64,000 bases of DNA from Hypanus sabinus (GCF_030144855.1 NC_082728.1:25854001-25918000); one strand, 5' to 3'. Positions 1-13,415 are shown, counted from the stretch's first letter. Numbers and translations: made by a program. Notes: generated from the sequence alone by a model not told the origin.

Positions 1-1572
1 CAGTCTCATGAAAAGTCCACTTATTTGTAAGGAGTCATAATGATTCTGCCATCCCTCTTCATTTCTTCTGCTTAGTTATTTTGCTCTGATGTAAAGACTA
101 ACACTGCCATGTAGGGCCACTGTACAAACTTTAAAGAAAGGTAAAGTCACAAAATATATGTAGGGATATTGAATTGCCAAAAAGAACAATGGTGTTCGAG
201 CTGTAAGCAGCCAAATAGCAGTGATGTGGGTCATTCTTCCAAACATAATTGCTGTAGTTGTAGAAGCCACTGGCAGCAACCATTTTGCTTTTCCAACAGT
301 TCTTAGCAACTTCAATCCAAAGCAATTCATTCAGCAGAGGAAAGACATTTGAATTCCCAGGGTACAAAAAATTTATAAGCCACATATTGAACTTCTAAAA
401 ATTGGATGTAATGTGGTCATGTTAAATTCTGACCTATCGCTCAACATTCTTTTTTTAAAAAATGTACTTTATTTTCTCATTTTCCCACTTCACAGGCTTT
501 TGTGAAAAATACTATCTTGCAGCTCTGAATGACCATATTGGCTAGCTTGCATAGTACTTATTTTGTAAGCAAGATTGATGTCACAGAAGCAACTAATCAC
601 TTCCAAATCCAAATTGAAGTTGATTTGTAATAACAGAGGAATATATATTATCATTAAATACCAAGAGAATTTTCTCTTGCATGGTATTTTGTGACCCGAG
701 GGCGAATTGCAGTCCTCAGGTCAGAACATAGTCATTTGTATCAAATTGATGTTTATTATTAAAGAACTACAGGAAAACAGATTGATGGTTTTAATATACT
801 CATACTGGAAAACTTTTTGATGTGATCCTAGTGCAAAGTGATTTTCCTTCCTTCTGAAACCAAATCAATAAAACAGAAATGTAACACATTCTGTACAACT
901 GGATGGCAGTTCATCTTACTGCAAAATTCAAAGGTATTTCCTGTTCCTGTTCCGGTTTGCAATACTTCATTGTGGGATAAGATACCAGGCATGGAACTGA
1001 TATTGGAGATCACCTCTCTATTGTGAAAAGCTACCATTTGTCCCCAAACTGAATTAATAATCCTTATACCACCAAGCATCATTCAAAGTCAGTACTAAAG
1101 CTGATCATTTTACAGAACTGTCTGAAATGTATTTAGGAGTTAGTCACAGTGGAGATGCCAGACTGAAGCTACAGGGAGAGAAATGACCAGCATTTTTAAA
1201 CATGCCAAGTTCCTTCATGGTCATTAAAATACTTCCCAAGTATAGTTACTGTGGATATATACAAAATCTGGCAGTCAATTTACACATGCAAATTACCCCG
1301 AACAAAAGCTCTGTGATAACGATGGATAATCTATTCTAGTAATGTCGACTAAAAGTATAATTACAGGGCATGCATTGTTTTAGCAACATCAATTTGATGT
1401 TTTTACCTACGTATTGTAACATCAGCAATTCAGCAATTCCTCAAGTGAGTGCACTGGAGCCTTTGCATTAATTTGTAAATGGAGTTGGACATGAGCTCTT
1501 AGCTTTCAAACTTAATGTTACTAAATGATCCAAGGCTAAAAATAATGGAAAAGTAAATGTCTTTTAGTCTAC

Positions 1573-1825
1573 AAGACACAAGAACAGAGTTAGACTGTTC
1601 AACTCATCAGGTCTGCTCTGCCATTCCATTATGGCTGATTTATTTTCCTTTCTGCCTTCTCCCTGTATTCTTTGATGGCCTTACTAATTGAGAAACTATC
1701 AAACTCCACTTTAAATATACCCAACGAGTTGCCTTCCACAGCCGTCTGTGGCAATGAATTCCACACTCACCACTTTCTAGCTAAAGAGATTCTCCTCTTC
1801 TCTGTTCTTAAGGGACATGCACTTC
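1573..1825 (-). mobile_element. CR1-type LINE 3' end fragment (subfamily B)
   Basis: Reverse complement matches the 3' tail of the + strand CR1 copy at ~2320-2594. Confidence 0.7.
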
Positions 1826-1829
1826 ATTA

Positions 1830-2594
1830 GAAGAAATGAAAGTGTTGACTTTTTTTCTGAATGGAGAGAAAATACAAAAAACTGAGGCGCAAAGAGCCCT
1901 TGTGCATGATTCGCTACGGGTTAATTTGCAGCTTAAGTCTGTGGTGAGGAAGGCAAATGCGATATTAGCATTCATTTCAAGAGGACTAGAATATAAAAGC
2001 AAGGATGTAATGTCGAAACTTTATAAAGCACTGGTGAGGCCTCACTTGGTGTATTGTGAACAGTTTTGGTCCCCTTATCTTAGAAAGGATATGCTGAAAC
2101 TGGAGAGGATTCAAAACAGGTTCACAAAAATGATACCAGGTTGAACGGCTTACGAAGAGTGTTTGTTCGCTCTGGGCCTGTATTCACTAGAGTTGAGATG
2201 AATAAGGAGTGACCTCATTGAAACCTCTGAAATGGTGAAAGGCCTTGATAGAGTGGATGTGAAGAGGATGTTTCCTATGGTGGGAGAGTCTAAAACCAGA
2301 GGACACAGCCTCTGAATAGAGGGGTGTCCTTTTAGAATGGAGATGATGAGGAATTTCTTTAGCCAGAGAGTGATGAATCTGTCGAATTTGTTGCCACAAG
2401 CAGCTATGGAAGCCAAGTCTTTATGTATATTTAAGGCAGAGGTTGATAGATTCGTGATTGGTCAGGGCATGAAGGGATACAGGAAGAAGGCAGAAGATTG
2501 GGGCTGAGAGGAAAATTGGATCAGCCAGGATGAAATGACAGAGCAGTCTCGATGGGCCAATTGGCCTAATTCTGCCCCTGTGTTTTACGGTCTT
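1830..2594 (+). mobile_element. 5'-truncated CR1 LINE (subfamily B), ORF2 C-terminus and 3' tail
   Basis: ORF 1836-2144 reads ...YKSKDVMSKLYKALVRPHLVYCEQFWSPYLRKDMLKLERIQNRFTKMIPG, the typical CR1 ORF2 C-terminal block; frameshifted downstream. Confidence 0.9.
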
Positions 2595-2595
2595 A

Positions 2596-3140
2596 GAAAG
2601 CCTTAGCATTACATCCTTGTTTGTTTTTATATTCATATCCTCTTGAAATGAATGCTAACATTGTGATTGCCTTCCTTATCACTGACTCAACCTGAAAGTT
2701 AACCCTTAGAGCAGGGGTTCCACAGACCCCTTGGTTAATGGTAGGGGGCCACTGCTTAAAAAAAAGGTCGTGAATTCCTGCTTTAGAGAATCCTGCACTA
2801 GGATTCCCAAGGCCCTCTGTACCTCCAATTTCTGAATATGCTGCCCAAGATGAAAATAGTATTTTTCTTTATTCCTTCTACCAAAGTGAAGAGCCATTCA
2901 CTTCCCTAAACTATATATCACCTCCAGCTTCTTTGCCCATTCTGCTAATCTGTCCAACTCCTTCTGTGGACTCCCTGCTTCCTTAACATTGCTATCCCTT
3001 CACCTCTCTTTGTATTGTCTGCAAACCTGGCCACTTTTCCCTGCCAACCCTTGCAGCTTTCAATGGGGTTAGTTGGTCCCCCAATTTCTGCCAAAACATT
3101 GGTCGGGCAAGATTTCCCCTCAGGGGAACCATGCAGACTC
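2596..3140 (-). mobile_element. CR1 LINE internal fragment, interrupted by a mini-hAT
   Basis: Minus-strand peptides LHFGRRNKEKYY..EVQRALGILVQDSLK and KDVMLRL match CR1 ORF2. Confidence 0.8.
2712..2780. mobile_element. ~70-bp hAT-like MITE
   Basis: Ends CAGGGGTTC...GAATTCCTG; 8-bp TSD ccttagag (2704-2711) / ctttagag (2781-2788); splits the CR1 copy cleanly; relatives at 33097-33172 and 60538-60618. Confidence 0.75.
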
Positions 3141-3295
3141 TTTTTTTATCATATGCAAGCACACAGAAACCTTATTCTTAATAATTAATGGTGATGATAA
3201 ATCTCTGAATAACTGCTGATACTAAATAAGACTTTACAAAACCAAAAGTTATGTAGTCTCAGGATAAATTAAAATAGGGCTGTTGCCTTACAGCT

Positions 3296-3570
3296 ACTGA
3301 AACCCAGGTGTGACTTTGACCTCTGATGCTGTCCTTGTGGATATAGCACATTCTCTCTATGATCATGTGGATTACTTTCGGGTGCACAAGCTTTCTCTCA
3401 CTGGCCAAAGCCGTTGTTGGTAGATTATTTAGATACTGTAAATTGCCACTATCAAAGTTAGGCAGCAGAAGAATCAGGGAGGGAAGCAGTACACTTCATG
3501 GGAATGTGAGGAGAAGTGGTATTAATATAAATGGGTGCTTTATTATCAGCATAGACTTTGTCATTTTGTT
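3296..3570 (+). mobile_element. Degenerate V-SINE / HE1-like SINE
   Basis: Resembles the V-SINE core: gtggatatagcacattctctctatgatcatgtggattactttcgggtgcac...gtaaattgcc. Confidence 0.55.
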
Positions 3571-3668
3571 TTAAATTCACGTTTCTTCAAATATAATTAA
3601 ATATTATGAGGGAGTATGTATTTAATTTTTAAATTTATTGCTGAAATTGTCATGGTTTTGTGATTGTG

Positions 3669-3983
3669 TTGGCGTGTGGCCTAGTGGATAAGGCATTGGT
3701 CTAGTGATCTGAAGGTCACGGGTTTGAGCCTCAGCTGTGGCAGCATGTTTGTGTCCTTGAGCAAGGCACTTAGCAACACATTGCTCTGCGACGACACTGG
3801 TGCCAAGCTGCTTGGGTCCCAGTGCCCTTCCCTTGGGCAACATCAGTGGTGTGGAGAGGGGAAGGCTTGCAGCTTGGGCAACTGCCGGTCTCCCATACAA
3901 CCCTGCCCAGGCCTGCGCCCTGGAAACCTTCCAAGGCGCAAATCCATGGTCTCGCAAGATTAATGGATGCCTATTATTATTAT
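3669..3983 (+). mobile_element. tRNA-derived SINE with CORE-like segment and (TAT)n tail
   Basis: A box TGGCCTAGTGG, B box GGTTTGAGCC, CORE-like tgtgtccttgagcaaggcactt, tail tattattattat. Confidence 0.8.
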
Positions 3984-4703
3984 TTGTGAGGATGCTATTT
4001 AAATGCAGAAAGACACATACATTTGTTACAATTTTAGGTGATCATCAGAAAAGTAATTTTAGGGAATGATTACATCTTAGTTGCAAAATGGTTGAGGACT
4101 ATGGTGCAAAATTGAAACATAGAAATTAAGAGGTTGAAGTTAGATTTGTAAAACCTAATAGATGTGCAGAGGAAAGATAGAGTGAGAGAAATAAGATTTC
4201 CTGTGGGTTTGAGATGACAGAAATACTGTGTAGAGCAGGAAGCTGAGGGGTGAGTCCTCAGTTAGAAGCCCAGATTTTGCAATCAGCAGCAAAGCTTCAT
4301 TGCACCAACTGGTCACCCACTGCTTCTTGAAATTTATGGTTCTGGGAGATCCTACTCAGCACAGTATCCAATTCAGATTTGTGACCAATATGACTGAAGA
4401 ATCCTCTCTTAGGCTCACAGAATCCAAAACCAGGTAGGTATAAATTAGAACAGTCAATGTAAAGTCATGAATGTAAAATGAATTTAAAGAAAGATAGGTG
4501 GAAATGTCAGGAAAGAACAGATATAAATTAGAGCGAGATAAAAGAGGTACTGTATGGCTAAACAGTTACTGACACATTTCTAAAGAACAGGTTAGTAGGT
4601 TATTTGGTCACATGGGTGTAATAGTGCCGTGCAGTGGGCCAGAGAGGCCTGCTACCATGCTGTATCTCTAAATAAACACATGCATATTACAAGTTTTGAA
4701 GTA

Positions 4704-5668
4704 CATATACTTTGATCTGGATGATGGGGTGGTAAATTGGATTAGTAAGTATGTAGATGATACTAGGATAGGTGGCATTCTGGATAATGAAGTAGGTTTT
4801 CAAAGCTTGCAGAGAGATTTAGGCCAGTTAGAAGAGTGGGCTGAAAGATGGCAGATGGAGTTTAATGCTGGTAAGTGTGAGGTGCTACATTTTGGTAGGA
4901 CTAATCAAGGTAGGACATACATGGTAAATGGTAGGGCATTGAGGAAGGCAGTAGAACAGAGTTATCTAGGAATATTGGTGGATAGTTCCCTGAAGGTGGA
5001 ATCTCACGTGGATAGGGTGGTGAAGAAAGCTTTTGGTATGCTGGTCTTTATAAATCAGAGCATTGAGCATAGGAGTTGGAATGTAATGTTAAAATTGTAC
5101 AAGGCATTGGTAAGGCCGAATTTGGAGTATTGTGTACAGATCTGGTCACCAAATTATAGGAAAGATGTCAACAAAATAGAGAGAGTACAGAGGAGATTTA
5201 CTAGGATGTTACCTGGGTTTTAGTACCTAAGTTACAGAGAAAGGTTGAACAAGTTAGGTCTTTATTCTTTGGAGCGTAGAAGGTTGATGGGGGACTTGAT
5301 AGAGGTATTTTAAATTATGAAGGGGATAGATAGAGTTGACGTGGATAGGCTTTTTCCATTGAGAGTAAGGGAGATTCAAACAAGAGGACATGAGTTGAGA
5401 GTTAAGGGGCAAAAGTGTAGGGGCAACCCGAGGGGGAACTTCTTTACTCAGAGAGTGCTAGCTGTGTGGAACGAGCTTCCAGTAGAAGTGGTAGAGGCAG
5501 GTTCGATATTGTCATTTAAAAAAAATTGGATAGGTATATGGACAGGAAAGGAATGGAGGGTTATGGGTTGAGTGCAGGTAGGTGGGACTAGGTGAGAGTA
5601 AGCGTTTGGCACAGACTAGAAGGGCCAAGATGGCCTGTTTCCGTGCTGTAGTTGTTATATGGTTATAT
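4704..5668 (+). mobile_element. 5'-truncated CR1 LINE (young subfamily A)
   Basis: ORF 4696-5223 has the RT motif ISKYVDDTRIGG and LVRPNLEYCVQIWSP; 3' tail gttatatggttatat; approximate TSD aagtttt(a)gaagt on both sides. Confidence 0.92.
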
Positions 5669-6274
5669 AAGTTTTAGAAGTTAGAAATTGTATATTATGT
5701 ACACTTATACTGTATCAGCTTATTGAAAAGTGGCACCCTCAGTCATTATGAATTTCAGAGTAAATCAAGAGGATGTGCCACGGTGGCAAGTGGCAGCCCA
5801 TTAATCATCTGTCCCTTGCTTCACCCTTTCTCCCTGTCTCCACCCCCAGCACTGCCACCCATATCGTCCATGAACTCAAAAACAGTACTTGTAGAAAAAA
5901 AATCACGTCACTTTTGGAGAAACTCCAAAGAGATAATGTTAAAGTTCAGATAGTAGTTACTAAAGGCTCAGATTGATATTGGGTTGTGTGACACAGTTTG
6001 ATTTACCAACTTAGATAAATACAAACATCCTGTATGTCCATTGCAAAGAAAGAAGGGCATTGGTGCTAATGTCTTTGTCTTATGTCCTTTTTAGTAATCT
6101 GCATAAGCTGCACAAAGCAAGTGTTATTTGAATAAAATATTTTCACTATTACTGAGTATCTCAGTGCACAGAAAGTAGATTGATAAATATTTGAAGAGTG
6201 CAATTTCAGTTTGAGGTGTTAGGCAATGGAGCCATACATTTACTGGTCGATCTTACATATCAAAAATGTACATA

Positions 6275-6866
6275 CGAGGGGTGATTGATATGTTCATGGC
6301 CTAAGGTAGAAGGAGTCAATTTTAGAAAACCTAGCACATTTATTTTTTCAACATAGTCCCCTCCTACGTTTACACACTTAGTCCAGTGGTTGTGGAGCAT
6401 ACGGATCTTGGACCTCCAGAAAGTGTCCGCAGATGGCTGACTATAAGTTTGTGGCCTAAGGTAGAAGGAGATGAGTTAAACAGCTCTCATTACATGCACA
6501 TGCAGGTCAACTCTTTGATTATGCAGAAAGTTTGAAGTTAATAACTCATCTCCTTCTACCTTCGGCCACGCTTATCAATTACCCTAATGAGTTATTAACT
6601 TCAAACTTTCTGCATAATCACTCAAAGAGTCGAACTGCATGTACATGTAAAGAGAGCTGTATAACTCATCTCCTTCTACCTTAGGCCACGAACTTGTGAA
6701 TCACCCCTGTTGTGGACACTTTCTTGAGGTCCAAGATCTGTATGCTCCATGACCGCTGGACTAGGTGTGTAAATGTAGGAGGGGACTATGTTGAAAAATA
6801 AATGTGCTAGGTTTTCTAAAATTGACTCCTTCTACCTTAGGCTACGAACATATCAACCACCCCTCA
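6275..6866. mobile_element. Mariner-type MITE, ~590-bp nested palindrome
   Basis: TA at 6273-6274 and 6867-6868; termini CGAGGGGTGATTGATATGTTCATGGCCTAAGG / CCTTAGGCTACGAACATATCAACCACCCCTCA; the two halves are reverse complements; the terminus resembles the Hsmar2/irritans-type TIR. Confidence 0.88.
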
Positions 6867-7394
6867 TACTTTGCACATGAATTCCAGAAAGCCAAATCAC
6901 CAAATATTGCTTTTTAATGTGTGTGTTGTGAAATAAATCATAAATTATATGTGGGTCCTCCCCAGTTTTTAAACAAATGGCATTTGCAATTCGGGGGGGG
7001 GGGGGTTAGATGGGGATGGATTTGCCCTCTGTTAGAGGGCTGGCAGGTAGCTTCTGCTAGGTGCAAACAAGGGATTTACATGACTCTTCTTTCCCCACCC
7101 CCCAACCTTTCTTGCCCTATCCCTCAACCCAAAAGGCTGGTTCAAGCTGAGCAGTGATAGGAGTGCTCAACAGACCTTCTTGCTCACTCACTGAGTCGGT
7201 GAAGCCTGCTAGCGGATATTCTTCTCACCCTCCCAACAAAGTCATTTATTTCTGCGAGCCTCTCCAACACACTGCTCCTGTTCATTTCCAACTTGCAAAC
7301 AGTGGAGGTTGTGATCTGAATCCTATCATGATCCCAGGGACTGCCTGTATGGACCATTTAGCTAATTATTTTTCAAAGCGTATTACAAACTAAG

Positions 7395-7480
7395 GCAGCG
7401 CACACAAAATGCTGGAGGAATTCATCCATGGAAAAGAGGGAACAGTTAACGTTTCAGACTGAGGGCCTTCTTCAGGACAA
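7395..7480 (-). repeat. Penelope-derived short repeat with degenerate hammerhead core
   Basis: Minus strand reads gtcctgaagaaggccctcagtctgaaacgttaactg followed by the family tail. Confidence 0.65.
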
Positions 7481-10404
7481 CCTAAGAATGGGCCTGCAGT
7501 TTCTATTTGGAAAGGGGATTGCAACTATGCTGACTAATCAGAAACATTCAATTAAAAACAAAAATTTCAGATGTTGGAAATCTAAAATAGAAACAGAAAA
7601 TGCTGGAAGTACTCAAACAGTCTTGCAACTGAAACTTCTCTTTCTATAGTTACAGCCTGATCTACTGAGTATTTCCTGCATCTGCTGTGTTTATTTCACG
7701 TATTATGATGACATTGGGATCTTTGCCAGACTATCTGTTAAACTTATAGGACAAAAGGTAGCAGATGGCAAAGTGAGCTGACAAAAATATTCTTGCCCTC
7801 TCAAATGAGTGTTTAATTCCATACAAGACCTATAGGACAAATTTATTCATTCTTCTAAAGACTTTGTTGAATTTAATACTAACAATTCAGCACTTTGGCT
7901 GCTAGAAGGAAAGTACTCATTTTACATATAAGAGATTCTTGCTTTGCATTTGTGACAGCACAATTTCTTCTCCTCCCAACAAGCACGACGGGTTTCAACT
8001 GATTTTATTCCGCAGTAACAATTCAGCCACCTGTTGCTTTGCTCTCTCTCCTTTTGTATATTTTAAATACCTATCATCTCCCTTACGCATCTCATGGAAC
8101 ATTCGGCCTCCCTGTACGAAACAAGCCGCACTTCACCCATCGTATAAAATCTTTTGCCAAGATGACACTGACTGAAACACTGGAATAAAGGAGGTCAGCC
8201 AAAGCTATTTTCAGACTGCCACTGCTGCTTTACATCTGGCAGTAACATTAAAAATATCATTCCTTGAGTATACATTTTGGAAAACATCCATTCTTCCACC
8301 CTTGGCGTGCATAAAAATTCATAATTATTCTTCCATCTTGCAGATTCATTTGCCACAAAAAGCAACAGAAGTATTTTCTCTTCTTACTTTTATTCCCTTG
8401 ATTTTAGTCTAGTCTGAAAAATAATACAAAATATTATTTTTCTCTGGCTATACATTATGAAATATGATGCAACCAACCAGAATTTTTAAATAAATCCTTG
8501 GATGCACATGATGGCCAAAGGGAAATGCCAACTGCAAACATTAGTCAGTCCCTTTTTTTGACAATATTTGTGAGCTTTGTACAAAAAAAAGTGTTTCTAT
8601 CTATTTTCTTAAATTTTCTGAAATTATATTATTGTTTTTAATCCTGTGTGATTTAAAATCATGAAGAAAATACATTACTGTACAAAACAACATTGTGAGG
8701 AAGCAAAAGTCTTCATAGTTCAATCTTAGGTTTGTGCAATGATTGGCAGATATGTCGTTTTGGTAAGTTAAAAAAGATGGGCTGTGCTTCTGGATAGTAT
8801 TTCAGCCTCTTGCTGAAAATCTAACTCCTATCATCCTGTATAAAGGCTGTATGAAGAAAAATGCTTCACTGATTTGCCTATGTTCACTTTCTTTTTTACC
8901 AATGATTCCAAATCTCTGAACTGGTATAATGTTCATTGTTATATCATACACAAACTGTGATATTTTCTGGTAGTTAATGAAAAACCTGCTTTACAATGAG
9001 AACTTTAAATTTCTATTTTTTTTAACTAGTTAAATTTGTGAATTTTCTGTTATATTTGCTTTAGTGTATCAGTATGTTTATACCATTCTTTTATTAGTTT
9101 AGATTGTTTCAAGTTTTGCCGAATTTATTCTCTGTCTACAGCAATATAATGGTTTTATAAGTGTGTTCCATTGTACTCAGTACTTCAATGTTATGCGGTC
9201 TTTTTTTCCTGTTATGCTTTTGTTCATGATGTTTGAATACATTAGTTTTATCTTTGTTTCCTTTCTTCTTGACTTTATTGTGAATATCATATCTAGGGAA
9301 ACATTTGTCTAGTACACTCAATACTTCTTGCATTCGTCATATATATAGTAATAGATAATTACAATGTACTTTAAATCTGAAATTTTAAATGTTGCTTTGA
9401 GAAATGACATTCATTTGAATGTTGAATCTTGTTTTGCATGTATTATTGTCCTTTTCAGAAAGAATAGGGGATAGAACAACTGTATATTAAGAGATGGCAG
9501 AAAGCCTCAAACTCATCTTCAGTCGAACAACTTAGCTGAGAGATGGCCAACTTCAGGACCATCTTTCACTTCATTGCTAGACTCCCTGAGAGCAGCACAT
9601 TGGAAGGTCAGTCCTCTAATAAGTATGGAGCAAAGTTTAAGACCTGTCCTGCATTCAAAGACACACAATTTTATTCACACATATATTTAAACTACAGCTT
9701 AACAACAGTGACATCAATCATGTCGAGCATGAATGTCATTGATGCAGCTGGCCACTATGCCTAATTATGCCATGCAAATGGAGCCTGCACAATACTACAT
9801 TAAGTGCATAATATTCATAGAGTTCTTAATCATTCTTACTGATGGACTTCAAGGTTAAAAAATACTGTTTTGTAATACAGAAAAAAATTACACACCATGG
9901 CGTAGGGTTTCTTACCTGGTTTCATGCTCCACTATAGTCTGGGTACAGTCTAGTTTGTTGAAAGTCATTCTATTTGAATTAGAAACCACTCACGTTAATT
10001 ATTCCCAAAATACGTCTCACTGAAGTGCAAAATGCATTTCTCTTTGTTGAAAGAGACAAGAAGAAAATAACAAATATTTGGATCAATAAGCAATCTGCAA
10101 TTTGGTCCAAATTCAAGCCATTTTTCGAAGAGATACGGGTGATATTTAACTTAATGGGACATTCTATCCTAGAGGTATTTGCAGAATTTTTATTTGCAAT
10201 AGCACGTAGAATATTCTTATTTGTAGGAGTTAAATTTATAGTGTATATTTTTCCTAAACAACCTGTTCAATTTACAAGATTTACAGTAGTTTTTTTTAAA
10301 CTGTTACCCAAAATTTAAATTAAAAAGTACAATCAAGAGTTCTGAAATACTAGTGCTATGCCATACATCTTCTGCATTTTGGAGAGCTGGTAGTTATTCG
10401 AGCA

Positions 10405-10695
10405 ATTAGCAGACTTTGTTTCTATCCTGTTCTCTGCTGCATTCTGTATGGAGCTTACCCATTCTCTCTGTGACTGACTGTGCGTGTTTTCCCTACGCGC
10501 TTCATTTCCTCCATCTCAAAAACATGGTTGGCTAATTGACTACTATAAGTTGCTCTAGTGTGTGTCTAAGTGGAAGAATATTGAGACGTGTAAAGGGGAA
10601 TGTGGGAAAAATAAACGAGGATTAGTATAAATTGGTGCCCAGTGGTTGGCACGAATTTGGTTAGCCAAAGTTAGTCAGTTTCTGTGCTGTAAGAT
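10405..10695 (+). mobile_element. Degenerate V-SINE / HE1-like SINE with CR1-like tail
   Basis: tgtatggagcttacccattctctctgtgactg...tttcctccatctcaaaaac...ttctgtgctgta. Confidence 0.55.
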
Positions 10696-11920
10696 TTTTA
10701 TTTTAATAGTTTTACATGGCAAGTACTAAAAGACGACATCTAGAATTTGACTTAATTGCTTCTTCAGATGCAGATAAAAATTGTGCATTTTGCACATTTA
10801 AGAAAGACAATGAAATTCTGTTATCAAGAAAAATAACAATATACTGCAAGAACTACTGAACTGTGCAGGATATGGAATTTGGTGTTTATTGTACAGGCTA
10901 GAAGCATTACAAATCATTTTCAGCAGTATTCTTTTTAAGGGTTACGTGGTAAATGTTTTTATTGATGACTATGAAGATAGCCTTGCCGGAGTTGCATCCA
11001 TTTTTCCTAATCAGTTTCTCTGTTTTCTTTCATGAATTCACTAACTAAAGTCAAGGTATAACTTCATGAGCGATAGCAGTTCTCCAGTGTAATACCAATG
11101 AGCTATTCTTTTGTGAATTAGACTCAAGCTAATTCTCAAGCAGCACCTAATATTAGCATTTTGCCAGCAGAGCTCAATAGCAATCAGGGATATTTTCAAG
11201 TCTCAAGACTAATAGCAATAGCTATAACATTTCCTTTATTGAACAGGGACTGAAAGCTGAATCTTCCTGGACTTTAATGTCCATTTTCCCTTGAAAAAAA
11301 ATAAAGAAAAAATTGAAAGCCAAGCCATGAACATATAGAACCTTCTCGTGCCCTGTATAAAAATGTAATTTCTACAAAAAGAAAGGTTTCCTGTGTATTA
11401 CCTTTTATCAATCTAGAGTAAGAAAACAGAAACAGTGAGAAATTACTGCTTACATTATATGGAACTCTTACAATTACACGTTATTGAGATTAAATCTGAC
11501 CGATTGTTCATTGTTGATTCATTGCTAATTTACTGTCCTTTCTATATGTTATTGTTAATAACATTTGGTTTAATTTCAAGACAGATAACAGAATACTAAT
11601 AAAAAAGTTGCAATTAAACATAGTATACCTTGCAAAAATACTTGAGGTTGAAGGGAAACATCCTTTCTTAACTCAACCAATCAAGTACCATAGATTCTCC
11701 AAAGGTAAAAGAAAAGAGACCTCAAAAATGACACACTATCAACTGGATTTCAGGCTTGTTATACTCCATTTTTTATTCTCTCCTCTTCTGCAAAAGCTCT
11801 CCTTCCTTCTAAACTCCACTCCTGTGTTGTACACAATGTAAATCTTGAGATACAATGTTGAGCATTTGTTTTGGGCATAGAATGTAGAATAGTTATTTGA
11901 TTTATTCTATTTCACAAAGA

Positions 11921-13415
11921 TAGATGGAGGTGCAGGTAGTGTTGAGGAAGCAGGGTGTCTGCAGAAGGACTTGGACAGGTTACGAGAACAGGCAATAAAA
12001 TGACAGATAATGCATTGTAGCGAAGCACATGGTCACGCACTTTGGTAGAAGATGTAAAGGCGTAGACTATTTTCTAATCAGGGAGCAAACTCAGAAATCA
12101 GAGGTGCAATGACCTTGAGAGTCCTAGTGCAGGATTCCCTGAAGGTTAGTTTGCAGGTTGAGTCAGTTGTAAGGAAAGCAAATGAAATTTAGCATTCATT
12201 TCAAAAAGACTAAAAATAAAAGCAAAGATGTAATGTTGAGGCTTTCTAATGTATTGGTCAGTCAACGTTTGAATTATTATGAGCGGTTTTGGTCATCATA
12301 TAACCATATAACAATTACAGCATGGAAACAGGCCATCTCGGCCCTTCTAGTCCGTGCCAAACGCTTACTCTCACCTAGTCCCACCGACCTGCACCCAGCC
12401 CATCACCCTCCATTCCTTTCCTGTCCATATACCTATCCATTTTTACTTCAAATGACAATACTGAGCCTGCCTCTACCACTTCTACTGGAAGCTTGTTCCA
12501 CACAGCTACCGCTCTCTGAGTAAAGAAATTCCCCCTCGTGTTACCCTTAAACTTTTGCCCCTTAACTCTCAACTCATGCCCTTTTGTTTGAATCTCCCCT
12601 ACTCTCAATGGAAAAAGCCTATCCACGTCACTGCTATCTATCCCCCTCATAATTTTAAACACCTCTATCAAGTCCCCCCTCAACCTTCTATGCTCCAAAG
12701 AATAAAGACCTAACTTGTTCAACCTTTCCCTGTAACTTAGGTGCTGGAACCCAGGTAACATTCTAGTAAATCTTCTCTGTACTCTCTCTATTTTGTTGAT
12801 ATCTTTCCTATAATTTGGTGACCAGAACTGTACACAATACTCCAAATTCAGCCTCACCAATGTCTTGTACAATTTTAACATTACATCCCAAGAATGGGAT
12901 ATCTAAGAATGGCTGTGCTGGCATTGGAAAGGGTCCATTGGAGGTTTACAAGAATAATCTCAGGTTTGAAAGGGTTAACATATATTGAGCAGTTGAAGGC
13001 TCTGGTCCTCACTGGAGTTCAGAAAAGTGAGGAGATTCTCATTGAAACTGACCAAATATTGAAAGGGCTAGAGAGAGTGGACATGGTGAGAATAGTTCCA
13101 ATAGCGAATAGTGGAACAGTCTTGGACAAGAATCCGCAGCCTCAGAGTACAAGGACATCCCTTTAGATATGAAATGAGGAGGAATTATTTCAGACAGAGG
13201 TTGGTGAAATCATTGCCACAGTTGCTGGTGGAGACCAAGCCGCTGGGTATATTTGAAGTGGAGGCAGATAGATTTTTGATTAGTAAGGACATCAAAGGTT
13301 ATGAAGAGAAGGCAGGATAATAGAGTCAAGAGGGAAAATAAATCAGTCAAGATCAAATGGTGGAGCAGACTTGATGGGCTGAATGGCCTAATTCTGTTCC
13401 TATCTCTTATGATCT
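11921..13415 (+). mobile_element. CR1 LINE (subfamily B), split by a nested CR1-A
   Basis: KSKDVMLRL before the break and YLRMAVLALERVHWRFTRII after it are colinear CR1 ORF2 segments; 3' tail tcttatgatct. Confidence 0.85.
12297..12890 (-). mobile_element. CR1 LINE subfamily A, nested insertion
   Basis: Open 168-aa ORF 12375-12881 (MLKLYKTLVRLNLEYCVQFWSPNYRKD...) almost identical to the copies at 4.7-5.7 kb and 17.2-17.9 kb. Confidence 0.92.

Noticed and set aside
76-1082. Minus-strand ORFs 76-330, 131-385 and 828-1082 as exons of a gene
   Set aside because: No recognisable homology and no convincing splice framework.
3669-3745. tRNA gene
   Set aside because: A and B boxes are present but the cloverleaf is imperfect and the sequence continues into a SINE body and tail.
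8344-8425. Possible + strand terminal coding exon after cttccatcttgcag, followed by UTR-like DNA
   Set aside because: None of the three frames matches a protein I recognise (including the SDK2 C-terminus) and I found no upstream partner exon.
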